In this document: positions 1 through 10,097 of the stretch, piece by piece
How the letters are laid out: each line of letters opens with the position of its first letter
Numbering within the stretch: the stretch's first letter is position 1
Source: a virus
Lineage: Duplodnaviria; Heunggongvirae; Uroviricota; Caudoviricetes
Length of the DNA: 64,000 nt
Direction: 5' to 3' (one strand)
IMG/VR virus record: IMGVR_UViG_2529292906_000009
Coordinates: 3,303-67,302 of that record
Translations under genes and position numbers: made by a program
The notes under the pieces: generated by a model
What the model was told of the DNA's origin: nothing
Databases searched by the model: none
The model's input: only the letters and a program-made list of their open reading frames with translations

Positions 1-963
1 AGAAGGGCCACCGACGGCTGTTTGCCTTTCCTCATCATCGGTATTGGTCTTAGGAGCACGCAGATCGGCTTTGATTTGCTCCAGCATCAGGGGCGGCACT
101 TTTCCGCCATGCGCCTCGATGAATTCAGCTGCTTCCAGCACTGACCAGTTATTTTCACGCTTTCGTTCGTATGCCAGCTTAACAATGCCAGCTTGCCCCA
201 TAGATAAAGCGTGCTTTTCCGCCTCCCGGCTTTCTTTTCGATAGTTATTCCGGATGCTGTAAATGGTGTTGATCAGGCTGCTTATCTGCGCGGAACAGCT
301 GTTTAGCATGCTCGCGATACGATATTCAGGCGGAGTCCCTTCATCATCGTCTTTTTGCTGATCGCGCATTTCCTGCACCAGACGAATACACGTATCCCTG
401 GCGTTCTCCAGCATAAGGAGATGAGAAAGAGACTTTTCCAGAAGAGTGGTTTCCAGAACATCGGCCCCGGACCGACGCAACATAGCGCGCGCGGCCTTCC
501 GCGCTTCAACGTTATCTATCAGGTAATCGCCAGCTTCGAATTCAAAGCGTTCACCATCATCATCCAGGGTGTCGCGTTCCAGGCGATCACGTAAGGTCCG
601 GTGGGCGCGGGTGATCACGTCATGATCATCAGAACGATCATTTATGCGCTTATTTTGGCGCTTCGCATTCTCGACTGCGGCACTGACAACGGCATTAACC
701 CTTTGTTTTTCCGCTATTTCAGCCGCAATGTGATCACCTGCATGTTGATCATTAGAGTGATCAATGATCATGCTTTTTAGTGGCTTCCTGACTGGCTTAT
801 TTGGCTTGCGGCTGTCCGCTGTCCTGGTGTCTTCTTTGAAGGCACGGAGATAACGACGTGCAGTATTAGGGTTAAGATTAAACTCGGCGGCATACTGTGC
901 GATGGTGTAACCACCATCTCGCGCCAGGCGAGCAAAATTCTTCTTGTGATCGTCCCAGGTCAC
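1..963 (-). CDS. pacA: Terminase small subunit PacA (P1-type), partial: C-terminus lies beyond the window start
   Basis: Open minus-strand frame running off position 1; GTG start at 961-963 preceded by AAGGAAG; N-terminal HTH-like segment ([20 protein letters not shown]); pac hexamer repeats lie inside it; recalled match to P1 PacA N-terminus. Confidence 0.8.
   Translation of the reverse strand, partial: MTWDDHKKNFARLARDGGYTIAQYAAEFNLNPNTARRYLRAFKEDTRTADSRKPNKPVRKPLKSMIIDHSNDQHAGDHIAAEIAEKQRVNAVVSAAVENAKRQNKRINDRSDDHDVITRAHRTLRDRLERDTLDDDGERFEFEAGDYLIDNVEARKAARAMLRRSGADVLETTLLEKSLSHLLMLENARDTCIRLVQEMRDQQKDDDEGTPPEYRIASMLNSCSAQISSLINTIYSIRNNYRKESREAEKHALSMGQAGIVKLAYERKRENNWSVLEAAEFIEAHGGKVPPLMLEQIKADLRAPKTNTDDEERQTAVGGPS
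612..770. other. pac DNA-packaging site: seven TGATCA/G hexamers (each with a Dam GATC) in clusters of three (612-640) and four (731-770)
   Basis: Hexamers read directly at 612-617, 623-628, 635-640 (CGATCA), 731-736, 746-751, 758-763, 765-770; 3+4 arrangement matches the described P1 pac site. Confidence 0.75.
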
Positions 964-998
964 TTATGCTTCCTTTCGTAAAAACTCTTTTTGACGCG

Positions 999-1015
999 AG
1001 GGTAACGAAAGTCAC
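999..1015 (-). promoter_or_regulatory. Candidate late promoter for pacA (GTGACTT-N4-TACCCT on minus strand)
   Basis: Between lpa stop and pacA start; same TGACT(T/A)-N4-TANNNT architecture recurs upstream of three other late operons in this window. Confidence 0.4.
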
Positions 1016-1048
1016 ATGTCAAAAGGCCCGGAACGGGCAAGCAATCAA

Positions 1049-1501
1049 TCAGATACGTGCGGATGTGGCATTACCGTAATGACGGTGCTGACGGGCCACC
1101 TTATTGAAAAGTTGACGCGCCATTACCCAAGGCTGGTGCTCCCGGCGTTCCTTTTCGTCCTGCGTCATATAGAGTTCGTTCTGGAGTTTTTCATCAAACC
1201 GGCGCGGAGCGCGGCTACGGCGAAAGAATTCAGGATTCAGAGAGTGGATCTGAAATCTACGTGGGCGTGTACTGTCATCAATCAAAACAGACGAATACTT
1301 AGACACAGCGATAGCCTTTAAGCGCAGATAAACATCGCGCTTATCGACATCCAGATGCGGGTATTCCTTTTCAAGAATTGCTGCGAGTTCTTTCGCTGAT
1401 AGAAGAGATTTAGTGCGGATCATGTAATCCGCAATCTCGTACGATGTTATTCGTGAGTGATTTATTTCCATGAAGTGGCGTCCCTGCCAGTTAAGTAACA
1501 T
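1049..1501 (-). CDS. lpa: Late promoter activator Lpa-like protein (150 aa)
   Basis: Position immediately upstream of pacA as in P1; size about 150 aa; RBS AGGTGA before ATG at 1501; C1-operator-like site just upstream. Confidence 0.55.
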   Translation of the reverse strand: MLLNWQGRHFMEINHSRITSYEIADYMIRTKSLLSAKELAAILEKEYPHLDVDKRDVYLRLKAIAVSKYSSVLIDDSTRPRRFQIHSLNPEFFRRSRAPRRFDEKLQNELYMTQDEKERREHQPWVMARQLFNKVARQHRHYGNATSARI

Positions 1502-1571
1502 CCTGTCACCTACTGATTAGCCCATGTCAACTAATCAACGTGGAATATAATACCCTCGATTAAAGAAATAG

Positions 1572-1588
1572 CAATACATTAGAGCAAT
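1572..1588 (-). promoter_or_regulatory. C1-repressor operator-like 17-mer (14/17 to ATTGCTCTAATAAATTT)
   Basis: caatacattagagcaat read on + strand; sits upstream of lpa, overlapping the stop of the preceding gene. Confidence 0.45.
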
Positions 1589-1589
1589 T

Positions 1590-2633
1590 TTATCTAACGC
1601 TCGACGAGTGACTTGTGATAGCGCCGACTCCAAGCGCGTAATCAAAGAACAATCGTTGATGCATCGCCAGCCTACCGTGCGTCTTCTCCCAATTATCGCG
1701 GTCACGCTCAATATCACGCTGGCATGACTGGCACAGAGGAATAGCATAAATGTCATGCGCGCATAATCGACTATGACGAACGATATAAGGCGTAATGTGA
1801 GCGCCAGCTCCCGCAGCTCCACAGCCACAGCATGGACGGGAAGCCACAAAGTCCATGTACTCGGGCAATTTTAGCGATTGAAGTTTTGGTATTTTGAAAT
1901 GCGCCATACCTGGGTCGGAGTCAACATCCACAGGGCATACTTTTGCACGCATCGGCGCGGCGCGTTCTTCCATCATCTGAACATATGCTGTAGCGCGATC
2001 GTCATACGGGCGAATATCCGCCTCTTTCAGAGGTCCGCTATCCTGCGGAGTAGCCTTCATCTTATTTATTGATATGCGGCAGACTTCTTCCGGCATCAGG
2101 TGCATCATGTTGCGCATGAAAGCCCACCAGCACAGCTCCTGAATACTTAAATCATGGCTATTTGAAAGGCCCATTTCCTGACGGGCGACATCCAGTATCC
2201 AGTTAACGCGATTATTGTGCAGCGTTTCTTTCAGCTCATTAAAACCACGCATCCGGTAATGGTTATCGTGATGCCAGCACAACAACACCGCGCTATTGTC
2301 TCGTTCAGCGTGGACAATATGGTTGTCACACCAACTACGATCTGCGGCCTGGCATTGACCCTCTTTCCTACGCAACCACGCCACCAGCGCGTCAATTCCA
2401 CCAATACGGCGAAACAGTTCATCGCTGTTAAAAAACGGCTGCAACGCCTCATTTGTTGCCATGGTTTGCTCGGTAACAACGAGGCCGTCTTCCATGTGCT
2501 CGATTAACTCACGCGGCACCGGCTCCATGATAAATTTACGGCCAGCCTCCACCAGCTTTCTGACCTCCTGATCCACTTTGAACGTGGCGAGGCCAAGCTC
2601 TTTCTGTACAAAGGGAGTAATTACGGCTTTCAC
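1590..2633 (-). CDS. Hypothetical protein, 347 aa, Cys-rich C-terminus (CCGCG...CxxC, possible zinc-binding/HNH-like); post-doc gene
   Basis: Long ORF in track; C-terminal CxxC pairs; position between doc and lpa. Confidence 0.55.
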   Translation of the reverse strand: MKAVITPFVQKELGLATFKVDQEVRKLVEAGRKFIMEPVPRELIEHMEDGLVVTEQTMATNEALQPFFNSDELFRRIGGIDALVAWLRRKEGQCQAADRSWCDNHIVHAERDNSAVLLCWHHDNHYRMRGFNELKETLHNNRVNWILDVARQEMGLSNSHDLSIQELCWWAFMRNMMHLMPEEVCRISINKMKATPQDSGPLKEADIRPYDDRATAYVQMMEERAAPMRAKVCPVDVDSDPGMAHFKIPKLQSLKLPEYMDFVASRPCCGCGAAGAGAHITPYIVRHSRLCAHDIYAIPLCQSCQRDIERDRDNWEKTHGRLAMHQRLFFDYALGVGAITSHSSSVR

Positions 2634-2660
2634 ATCACACCTTTAATCACTGATTGGGCT

Positions 2661-2840
2661 TTATCTGCTGCCCGGCATTCTCTGTTTAAGCACAACCATT
2701 TCCTGACGGCATAACACAGCAATAGCGGTCCTGACTCCAATTTGCTTACCAACCAGGTATTGCTTTACCTTGCGGCGACTCACGCCATCAAGAAGCATCT
2801 TTAACGCTTCACGGGACAATTTGTTGTATTTGCGTGCCAT
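2661..2840 (-). CDS. Small basic hypothetical protein (post-doc)
   Basis: ORF 2661-2861 in track; start moved to second Met to avoid overlap with doc; weak support. Confidence 0.3.
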   Translation of the reverse strand: MARKYNKLSREALKMLLDGVSRRKVKQYLVGKQIGVRTAIAVLCRQEMVVLKQRMPGSR

Positions 2841-2844
2841 TAAT

Positions 2845-3225
2845 CTACTCCGCAGAACCATACAATCTACGTAACGTGTCGGCGACAGAAGATACAGATA
2901 TCTCGCCAGTCGCAGCGCCTACAGTAAGGTCTGCCAGTTCAGGTGAATCAAATACCTGCACCCCGTTACGGCGTAGAAATAGCAGCGCACTGTTTAGCGC
3001 GGTACGCTTATTGGCATCATTGAATATATGCCCTCTCGCTGTAGCCACCAGGTAGGTGGCGGAGACTTCGAAAAGGTCGGTGATCTCTTCGTAGGCAACT
3101 CTGGCCTGAACTCTCCCGATAATGGCCTCTGCCCTACCCGGATCTGACATTCCCGGCAGGCCGCCGTAGCGGCTTATATTCGCATCATGAAGCGCAATAA
3201 GTTCTTCCGGTGATATATGCCTCAT
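2845..3225 (-). CDS. doc: Doc toxin (Fic/Doc family) of the phd-doc addiction module
   Basis: 126-aa product recalled as identical or near-identical to P1 Doc ([22 protein letters not shown]...); start overlaps phd stop by 1 nt (TAATG). Confidence 0.95.
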
Positions 3226-3446
3226 TATCGGTTAACCAGTTCCTTGTTGGTGGAGTCCAGGGTGTCAAACAGGGATGCAAATTCAGCATCCAGCGCCGCT
3301 TTTTTGTAGGCTTCGAAAGTAGCCTTGCTGACAATTACTGCTGGCTCACGGCCTCTGCGGGTGATTTCAACCTCTTCCCCGGCTTCAACATTGTTGAGCA
3401 CTTCAGAAAGGTTGCCACGCGCGGTACGGAAGTTAATGGATTGCAT
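3225..3446 (-). CDS. phd: Phd antitoxin
   Basis: 73-aa product [32 protein letters not shown]... recalled as P1 Phd; immediately upstream of doc. Confidence 0.95.
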
Positions 3447-3518
3447 AAACACCTCGTGTACTCGTTATGTGTACACAATTATAAACTTCACAGGCATAAA
3501 GCACCAGCACTTTGCAGC

Positions 3519-3908
3519 TTAAATAACCGGACAATCATCAAATTCCCCACTTCGGGCATCATTGATGACATGAGTGATCACACCAAAAACAGCATTACTG
3601 CCCGTGTATCCATCGTCATCTACTGGTAACGCCTCTTTCTTCCCGGTGCTTAAATCCTCCAGGTGCTGGCGCGGATACTTCCTGTATCTCTTTATGCGAT
3701 ATTCACCCTCCATAGCGCACACAAGCAGAGAACCATCAACCGGAGTAAGCGAGGAATCAACCACCAGCAAAGCACCCTGCAATATTCCCTCACGGTGATG
3801 GCTATCAGCTGCCCGCATGAAGTAGGTTGCTGATGGATGCCTGATTAGTTGCTGATCAAGAGAAATTCGGCTTTCAACATAATCCGCCGCAGGAGAAGGG
3901 AAGCCCAT
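3519..3908 (-). CDS. humD: UmuD'-like protein HumD (S24 peptidase fold)
   Basis: GFPSPAADYVE...HPSATYF motif as in UmuD; LexA box directly upstream; P1 order humD-phd-doc. Confidence 0.85.
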   Translation of the reverse strand: MGFPSPAADYVESRISLDQQLIRHPSATYFMRAADSHHREGILQGALLVVDSSLTPVDGSLLVCAMEGEYRIKRYRKYPRQHLEDLSTGKKEALPVDDDGYTGSNAVFGVITHVINDARSGEFDDCPVI

Positions 3909-3927
3909 AGCGTTTTCACCTCAATAA

Positions 3928-3947
3928 TACTGTTCATTTATACAGTA
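3928..3947. promoter_or_regulatory. LexA (SOS) box TACTGTTCATTTATACAGTA
   Basis: CTGT-N8-ACAG palindrome in the divergent region between humD and the rightward ORF at 4083. Confidence 0.8.
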
Positions 3948-4082
3948 TACATTAAAGAGACACCTTTGGTGCAAACGCGTTACGTACATCAACCACCGCT
4001 GATGATTTTGTGCTCTTTGCTACTATTCATCACCAACGGATCAGCGTAACCTCGTTGCCAATCAGTTAATAAGGAATTAGCT

Positions 4083-4667
4083 ATGCCTAATCGCATTCCT
4101 CTCGCTCCTGTATTGCCCAAAAATTTTGACTGCACTCCTAACGAGAAACGCTCTAAAGCTCAGCTGGACGCCTGGTGGGACCATCCATATGGGGTTACAC
4201 AACCTGACGGGAAAATTGTAGTTTATTGTCTGAATGGTGGGGCGTGGGACCGTCCATCCGTGCTTTGTTTGGCAGATAACTATGATGAAGCCTGTGAACT
4301 TGCCGAAAGACAGCAGGCAAGCTGGGTAAAAACACGGTCTGAACCGACATTCATGTTTTCAAAAGAACCGCCATTTATACTGGCGAGGATGCCGCAGCGA
4401 CCGGATCATCAACAAGAAATTGTTGCTGAATTTTCCTCTAGGGATGAGATGAATCTCTTCTCATTAAAGCAGGAAGAAAGGGATCGCGTCGAAGTGTCTC
4501 CAACTCTCGACCACAACCGGATGAACCTGGCCCAACTCGCCTGGTACAGCAAAGAATTAGAGATGTCTATTGCCCGACTTGAAAACGAAAAAGCCGCTAT
4601 CCAAGCCCAGCATGAAGTAGTTCTGAACCGGATTAGAGAAATGCAAAACGATAACAGGGGATTTTGA
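4083..4667 (+). CDS. Hypothetical protein, 194 aa, divergent from humD and probably LexA-regulated (lxr-like position)
   Basis: ORF in track; shares the LexA-box intergenic region with humD. Confidence 0.55.
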   Translation: MPNRIPLAPVLPKNFDCTPNEKRSKAQLDAWWDHPYGVTQPDGKIVVYCLNGGAWDRPSVLCLADNYDEACELAERQQASWVKTRSEPTFMFSKEPPFILARMPQRPDHQQEIVAEFSSRDEMNLFSLKQEERDRVEVSPTLDHNRMNLAQLAWYSKELEMSIARLENEKAAIQAQHEVVLNRIREMQNDNRGF

Positions 4668-5024
4668 ATGGCTAAAATCGAGTACCATCGCGATCGCGGT
4701 AATTACCTGGAAATATACGATCATGAATCTCTTAACGATATCAACGATGCGTTATATGAATACTGTGAAAAAACGAGCATCACAGATGCACCTGATGCAT
4801 TTGTCGAGCTACCGGTATATCTCCGCGACATCTATGCAATACGAACACCGCCCGTATCGGTGATCCACATTGGCTATGTCCGCCTGTCCATCGAAGAAGA
4901 TGAAGATCGTTATATCGTGCGCCACTATACATTGGACAGAAAAGAACTTCCTAATGAATGGAACATGAGTAATTTCTACAACGGTGAATATGGCTTAAAA
5001 TCCACTAATAATTTACGGTCATAA
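4668..5024 (+). CDS. Hypothetical protein, 118 aa
   Basis: ORF in track; start overlaps the stop of the preceding ORF (translational coupling). Confidence 0.5.
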   Translation: MAKIEYHRDRGNYLEIYDHESLNDINDALYEYCEKTSITDAPDAFVELPVYLRDIYAIRTPPVSVIHIGYVRLSIEEDEDRYIVRHYTLDRKELPNEWNMSNFYNGEYGLKSTNNLRS

Positions 5025-5886
5025 TCTATACAGGCATGTATAACAACAACGAGCCTATTAGCTGTCAACAACGTTATTTTCTCAAATAAGAAAAAGCAGA
5101 AAACAAATTGTTTAAGGTCACAAATTGTGGCCTTGATGGAGGAGGGAGGCTTATTGGCTATGGCTAAAAATCAAATTAGACACTTCATGTTGCTGTAGCT
5201 CATCAAGATCCGAGGCCACAAAACCTTTTCCGAAAAACTTCACAAGTAACTCACTAGCCGCATCATTGTCACCTATTACACGAAAGTCATACGGCAACGT
5301 CGCAAGTTGACGATGTAATCCTGCTGAGAAAGTCGAATCTAACAGCGACCAGAATTCCCACCGCAGGATAATACTCGCCTCTTAATACTGTATATATGTT
5401 GTTACGATATGTTTTTCTGTCTCTAAAAAAAGATGTTAATAGAATGCTAACCATTGAAGGGGATAAAAATATACAATTCCAACAAACGTTATTTTTAACA
5501 ATTTTTTTCTTTGCGTTGACTTTCCCGGACACCTTGTCTGACCGAAGGTGCGCGAAAGCCACTTTTTCCTTCCTGAGTTATCCACAAAGTTATGCACTTG
5601 CAAGAGGGCCATTTTCTACATATTGTGGTGGCTAACAGATGAAATGAATGTAGATTAATTGAAGATAAGGAGAAAATTTGAGATGCAATCATGACGTTAA
5701 TAGATAGGGTCTGCATTACAGACCCCATCCGCATCAAGGAATTAGCCGTTCCCTGATGTTGTTCCGAAAACATGTGCCGTAAGCTCACGTTAACGACTTT
5801 CTTTCACCGAATCCAACTATATAGGGGTTGGGTTTCTACGTCAACGTGAGCAAGTGCTCCTTTACATTTGACAAGGAACCACCTTA

Positions 5887-6024
5887 ATGACTGCTTTTTT
5901 TCAGTTCCTGAGTGCATTTTTAGATGCGCCTGTTATTAGCCAGATTCTGGCGATCATCCTCATCATCGTTTTGATTTTGCTTTTAAGGTCAGTAAAAAAT
6001 GGAATTATGCACTGGCTTACTTAA
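5887..6024 (+). CDS. Candidate 45-aa hydrophobic peptide (MTAFFQFLSAFLDAPVISQILAIILIIVLILLLRSVKNGIMHWLT)
   Basis: Not in ORF track (below size cut-off); ATG at 5887 with AAGGA 9 nt upstream; single predicted transmembrane helix. Confidence 0.35.
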   Translation: MTAFFQFLSAFLDAPVISQILAIILIIVLILLLRSVKNGIMHWLT

Positions 6025-6098
6025 TGTTCAGTGAAACATTAAAATCTCCTTGATGTGGAAACAATCATTTTCTGTATGTGCTGGTGGGTACCTGTAGT

Positions 6099-6455
6099 TC
6101 AGCTTTCGTTGGCATTTAACTTCGTCTTTGCTTTCTCCACCAGCAACTTCCAGATGCCTATTTCATTAGCAGCCGCCTTGATGGCGGCATAAAAAGCATC
6201 TTGCTGATCGTAACGCTGAATCTGTTTTTTCAGTTTTGCCTCCACCAATTTAATTTCATTACGTGCTTTCTGAAGCCGAAGCGCCGCCCGGTTACGTCTG
6301 TTCTTGTATAGCGCGTTAATCTCTGACAATTGCTTTAATTTACCAGCCTGACTGCGGATTATCGCCTCTCTGACTTCTGCCGTGCGTCTCATCTGATCTC
6401 TTAAGAGTTCACCGTTTTCGATAATTCTTTCAAGGTGTTTGATGTGATCTGCAAC
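6099..6455 (-). CDS. Coiled-coil hypothetical protein whose first four codons are separated from the body by IS2 (native start ATG at 7798-7796)
   Basis: Native reading ATG AGA GTT GC / [IS2] / continues at 6450; track ORF 6099-6482 borrows a start inside IS2. Confidence 0.5.
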   Translation of the reverse strand, partial: VADHIKHLERIIENGELLRDQMRRTAEVREAIIRSQAGKLKQLSEINALYKNRRNRAALRLQKARNEIKLVEAKLKKQIQRYDQQDAFYAAIKAAANEIGIWKLLVEKAKTKLNANES

Positions 6456-6466
6456 TGGATTTGCCC

Positions 6467-7372
6467 CTATATTTCCAGACATCTGTTATCACTTAACCCA
6501 TTACAAGCCCGCTGCCGCAGATATTCCCGTGGCGAGCGATAACCCAGCGCACTATGCGGATGCCATTCGTTATAATGCTCGAACGCCTCTGCAAGGTTCT
6601 TTGCTGCCGTTAACCCGTCTGGTTTGGGCATGATACTGATGTAGTCACGCTTTATCGTTTTCACGAAGCTCTCTGCTATTCCGTTACTCTCCGGACTCCG
6701 CACCGCCGTGTTCTTCGGTTCAAGTCCCAACATCCGGGCGAACTGGCGTGTTTCATTAGCCCGGTAGCATGAACCATTATCCGTCAGCCACTCCACTGGA
6801 GACGACGGAAGATCGTTGCCGAAGCGGCGTTCCACCGCTCCCAGCATGACGTCCTGTACTGTTTCACTGTTGAAGCCGCCGGTAGTCACCGCCCAGTGCA
6901 GTGCCTCACGATCACAGCAGTCCAGCGCGAACGTGACACGCAGTCTCTCTCCGTTATCACAGCAGAACTCGAACCCGTCAGAGCACCATCGCTGATTGCT
7001 TTCTTTCACGGCCACTCTGCCTGTATGTGCCCGTTTCGATGGCGGTACAGCAGGTTTTCGCTCAAGCAACAGCGCATTCTGGCGCATGATCCGGTAAACA
7101 CGTTTGGCATTGATCGCAGGCATACCATCAAGTTCTGCCTGTCTGCGAAGCAGCGCCCATACCCGACGATAACCATACGTGGGCAGCTCTCCGATAACAT
7201 GGTGTATACGGAGAAGCACATCCGTATCATCAGTGTGACGACTGCGGCGGCTATCCATCCAGTCATCGGTTCGTCTGAGAATGACGTGCAACTGCGCACG
7301 CGACACCCGGAGACAACGGCTGACTAAGCTTACTCCCCATCCCCGGGCAATAAGGGCGCGTGCGCTATCCAC
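6467..7372 (-). CDS. insD: IS2 transposase InsD (OrfB, DDE)
   Basis: 301-aa ORF recalled as IS2 InsD; overlaps insC in the -1 frame. Confidence 0.9.
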   Translation of the reverse strand: MDSARALIARGWGVSLVSRCLRVSRAQLHVILRRTDDWMDSRRSRHTDDTDVLLRIHHVIGELPTYGYRRVWALLRRQAELDGMPAINAKRVYRIMRQNALLLERKPAVPPSKRAHTGRVAVKESNQRWCSDGFEFCCDNGERLRVTFALDCCDREALHWAVTTGGFNSETVQDVMLGAVERRFGNDLPSSPVEWLTDNGSCYRANETRQFARMLGLEPKNTAVRSPESNGIAESFVKTIKRDYISIMPKPDGLTAAKNLAEAFEHYNEWHPHSALGYRSPREYLRQRACNGLSDNRCLEI

Positions 7373-7695
7373 TTTTTTGCCCGTCCATATTCAACGGCTT
7401 CTTTGAGGAGTTCATTTTCCATCGTTTTCTTGCCGAGCAGGCGCTGGAGTTCTTTAATCTGCTTCATGGCGGCAACAAGTTCAGAGGCAGGAACAACCTG
7501 TTCTCCGGCGGCGACAGCGGTAAGACTTCCTTCCTGGTATTGCTTACGCCAGAGAAATAACTGGCTGGCTGCTACACCATGTTGCCGGGCAACGAGAGAG
7601 ACCGTCATCCCCGGTTCAAAGCTCTGCTGAACAATTGCGATCTTTTCCTGTGTGGTACGCCGTCTGCGTTTCTCCGGCCCTAAGACATCAATCAT
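7330..7695 (-). CDS. insC: IS2 InsC (OrfA, HTH)
   Basis: [26 protein letters not shown]... recalled as IS2 InsC, 121 aa. Confidence 0.9.
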   Translation of the reverse strand: MIDVLGPEKRRRRTTQEKIAIVQQSFEPGMTVSLVARQHGVAASQLFLWRKQYQEGSLTAVAAGEQVVPASELVAAMKQIKELQRLLGKKTMENELLKEAVEYGRAKKWIAHAPLLPGDGE

Positions 7696-7793
7696 CTGTT
7701 CTCCAATGACTAGTCTAAAAACTAGTATTAAGACTATCACTTATTTAAGTGATACTGGTTGTCTGGAGATTCAGGGGGCCAGTCTAGCAACTC

Positions 7794-8471
7794 TCATACT
7801 TCACCCTCGCTTGTATCGCCAGCATCCACCAGCGGCAATAAAGCCCTGGCCATCTTATGAACCAATAGTGCATCAATAATGCCAAGCGTATGCCCCGGCT
7901 TAATGTTTAATGCCGCCTCAAGGTGACACCTTTCCAAGCCACTTTTCTCGGCTTGTTTATGATGATCTGGCGTAATAACGTCGCCCAAAACACGGCTAAT
8001 TCTTTCTCGTAATTGCTGGGTGCCCGCACACTTGATCGCTGTATCGTGGAGACGGTTAACCAGTTCGCGATAAACATGCGGTTTAATGCGGATACGTTCA
8101 CCGGTGACGCCCTTTCCTGGCCCTGGCACCGAACTATCCGGAATATCCGGATAGTTGCCAGCCTCGTAAGCTACCCGCAGCCAGTGCATGAATGTTTCCG
8201 CAGACACACAACCGCAGTCCACATCGATTTCCCCGCGTTGCTGCTCCAGCCATTGCTCAAAATCTAACTTGTAAGCATCACTTCCAAGTTGCTCTTTTTG
8301 TCTCAATGTCAGCACCTGTTGGGCTAGTTCCAGAACGATACCGGGTGACGCTAACCTCTCAAATTCCAATAAATAGTTTGCGTCTGGATGACAAGTAGCT
8401 TCCCCTGCAAAAAATACCAGTTGCTGTAAGTATGCTGTCGTTATTGCGGTCATAACTTTATCTCCTTGCAT
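7794..8471 (-). CDS. Hypothetical protein, 225 aa
   Basis: ORF in track; stop overlaps native start of the IS2-interrupted gene. Confidence 0.55.
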   Translation of the reverse strand: MQGDKVMTAITTAYLQQLVFFAGEATCHPDANYLLEFERLASPGIVLELAQQVLTLRQKEQLGSDAYKLDFEQWLEQQRGEIDVDCGCVSAETFMHWLRVAYEAGNYPDIPDSSVPGPGKGVTGERIRIKPHVYRELVNRLHDTAIKCAGTQQLRERISRVLGDVITPDHHKQAEKSGLERCHLEAALNIKPGHTLGIIDALLVHKMARALLPLVDAGDTSEGEV

Positions 8472-8680
8472 GGTTCGCCTTTACGGCAAACAGCTACACG
8501 GTCATTTCTTACATTAACCACAGTCACCGTTCCGTCATCGCATTGAATAACGATGAAAGGGTGTTCATTCTCTTTTGTGCAATGTTGCTGTTCCCCTGCT
8601 GTAACAGTGAGGGGAATTAATAAAATAATAATTACTGCGAATTTACTAAATGTTGTCATAGCAATCTTTCTGTTTTTCAT
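8450..8680 (-). CDS. Small secreted Cys-containing protein, 76 aa (N-terminal signal peptide)
   Basis: MKNRKIAMTTFSKFAVIIILLIPLTVTAGE signal-like N-terminus. Confidence 0.5.
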   Translation of the reverse strand: MKNRKIAMTTFSKFAVIIILLIPLTVTAGEQQHCTKENEHPFIVIQCDDGTVTVVNVRNDRVAVCRKGEPCKEIKL

Positions 8681-8973
8681 TATGGTTGAATCCAGTTATC
8701 TTCAATAGCAATGCTCAATCTTTGTAACCATTCTGCTAATTTCAGCATTGCTTCTCTTTCGCTTAAACCACACGGAAAATCATCAAGCGATATTGTTGGC
8801 TTGAAGTTTCCCAAATTATCCATTTCAACGGTCAGATTTTGCTCCAGCACGGTATTCCTTACGCGGCTATTGTGCCGAAGCAAATATACTGAACGTGATT
8901 TATTGGTTTTGTGGTCGAACGTATATTCGGTAAGTATCATCTGGCTTCCGCCATGATTATTACCGCGCCACAT
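8680..8973 (-). CDS. Hypothetical protein, 97 aa
   Basis: ORF in track within a tightly packed minus-strand operon. Confidence 0.45.
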   Translation of the reverse strand: MWRGNNHGGSQMILTEYTFDHKTNKSRSVYLLRHNSRVRNTVLEQNLTVEMDNLGNFKPTISLDDFPCGLSEREAMLKLAEWLQRLSIAIEDNWIQP

Positions 8974-9319
8974 AATTACTCCGTGTTAATTTTACTTTTA
9001 TCGCGAACACCTTTACCGGTTTATCGCCGAAGTGGGGATGTGTGATTGTCTTGATTTCATATCCGTCATACGGGACGTTAATTCTGCGGCTGGAGTCGTC
9101 GCGCTTCGGATATCCCTTTGTGATAATCAGGCGGTCATACTTACGGTTAACGAGGCGCTTATTCCAATAGTCATTACACAGGCGATACTCTTCCGTTTTC
9201 TCTCTGCGAATCATGGCATCGAAGTATTCACCTTTGACGGCAAGTTGCAGGTTAGCCACGGTTAACCTCCTGCGGCGGTTCCGGTAGCGGCATCCAGTGA
9301 GTTGCTTGCTCAATACCAT
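8960..9319 (-). CDS. Hypothetical protein, 119 aa, possible ASCH-like fold
   Basis: FDAMIRREKTEEYR resembles the ASCH GxKxxExR motif; weak. Confidence 0.45.
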   Translation of the reverse strand: MVLSKQLTGCRYRNRRRRLTVANLQLAVKGEYFDAMIRREKTEEYRLCNDYWNKRLVNRKYDRLIITKGYPKRDDSSRRINVPYDGYEIKTITHPHFGDKPVKVFAIKVKLTRSNYVAR

Positions 9320-9890
9320 TACCCGGCTTAATCGTTGCTTCTCCTCGCCGAAAGGTGCTTCCGGTATAGCGTGCGGAGCATATTAGCGGCTCAACCAGAT
9401 CGCTATCGAAATTCACCGAAATAAGTACGTTCTGATTCTTTTTCGGCATTCGCTCACTACAGCTTATCCAACCATCCGGAGTTACCGGAGAGTTGCCATT
9501 TACATCGAAGTTTGGCTCTGCGTCCTGAACCAGGAGGATGTAACCATTCTTGGCTGTATCAAGTTCTAACGCCTCGGTGACGGTGCCGAAATAGCGATTA
9601 CCTAAATCAGCATCACAAGTGCTTACATCAATGGAAACTTCCATGCCTTCGATTAATTCTGGCAAGTTGTAAGTTTGGCTTACAGGCTCTGCTTCCAGCG
9701 ATGCCAGCACAATTCGTGCCAACTCACGCACAACTTCAGGGGGCGCGTGACGGTCATTCAGGTCATCCCACAGACGTAGCATGTTATCGCTACCAGGGTG
9801 AACATCCTCATTAGTTCCGGCCAGCGCACTAATAACCTCATCGGCTGCTTCAATAATTTTCTGTGCCTGTTCTCTGGTAATAGTGGTCAT
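9252..9890 (-). CDS. DUF551-like phage protein, 212 aa
   Basis: C-terminal WMPLPEPP motif typical of DUF551 prophage proteins. Confidence 0.6.
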   Translation of the reverse strand: MTTITREQAQKIIEAADEVISALAGTNEDVHPGSDNMLRLWDDLNDRHAPPEVVRELARIVLASLEAEPVSQTYNLPELIEGMEVSIDVSTCDADLGNRYFGTVTEALELDTAKNGYILLVQDAEPNFDVNGNSPVTPDGWISCSERMPKKNQNVLISVNFDSDLVEPLICSARYTGSTFRRGEATIKPGNGIEQATHWMPLPEPPQEVNRG

Positions 9891-10096
9891 TTGTTAATCC
9901 TCAAAACTTTATGCCCGGGCGCAAAAGCACGTGTTTTGTCTTTACTTATTCGCCACCCGTCTTTACGGGCCTCTTTTGCACAACCAGACCATGACGTACC
10001 GATATACTCACCGAAGTCTGGCACTGGATATACACCTTCCGTACACTGGCGGCAGTCACAATAGAGATGCATGGTGTAACTTGCAGCGATAGCCAT
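9887..10096 (-). CDS. Small Cys-rich protein (start set at internal Met)
   Basis: Track ORF 9887-10177 overlaps upstream gene; internal ATG at 10096 removes the overlap. Confidence 0.35.
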   Translation of the reverse strand: MAIAASYTMHLYCDCRQCTEGVYPVPDFGEYIGTSWSGCAKEARKDGWRISKDKTRAFAPGHKVLRINK

Positions 10097-10097
10097 A

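Larger units (their letters stand above)
6456..7786 (-). mobile_element. IS2 (IS3 family), 1331 bp, flanked by 5-bp target duplication GCAAC (6451-6455 and 7787-7791)
   Basis: Termini TGGATTTGCCCC... and ...GGGGGCCAGTCTA read directly; InsC/InsD ORFs inside; length equals canonical IS2. Confidence 0.95.

Noticed and set aside
6896-7327. Plus-strand ORFs inside IS2
   Set aside because: Antisense to insD within a well-characterised insertion sequence.
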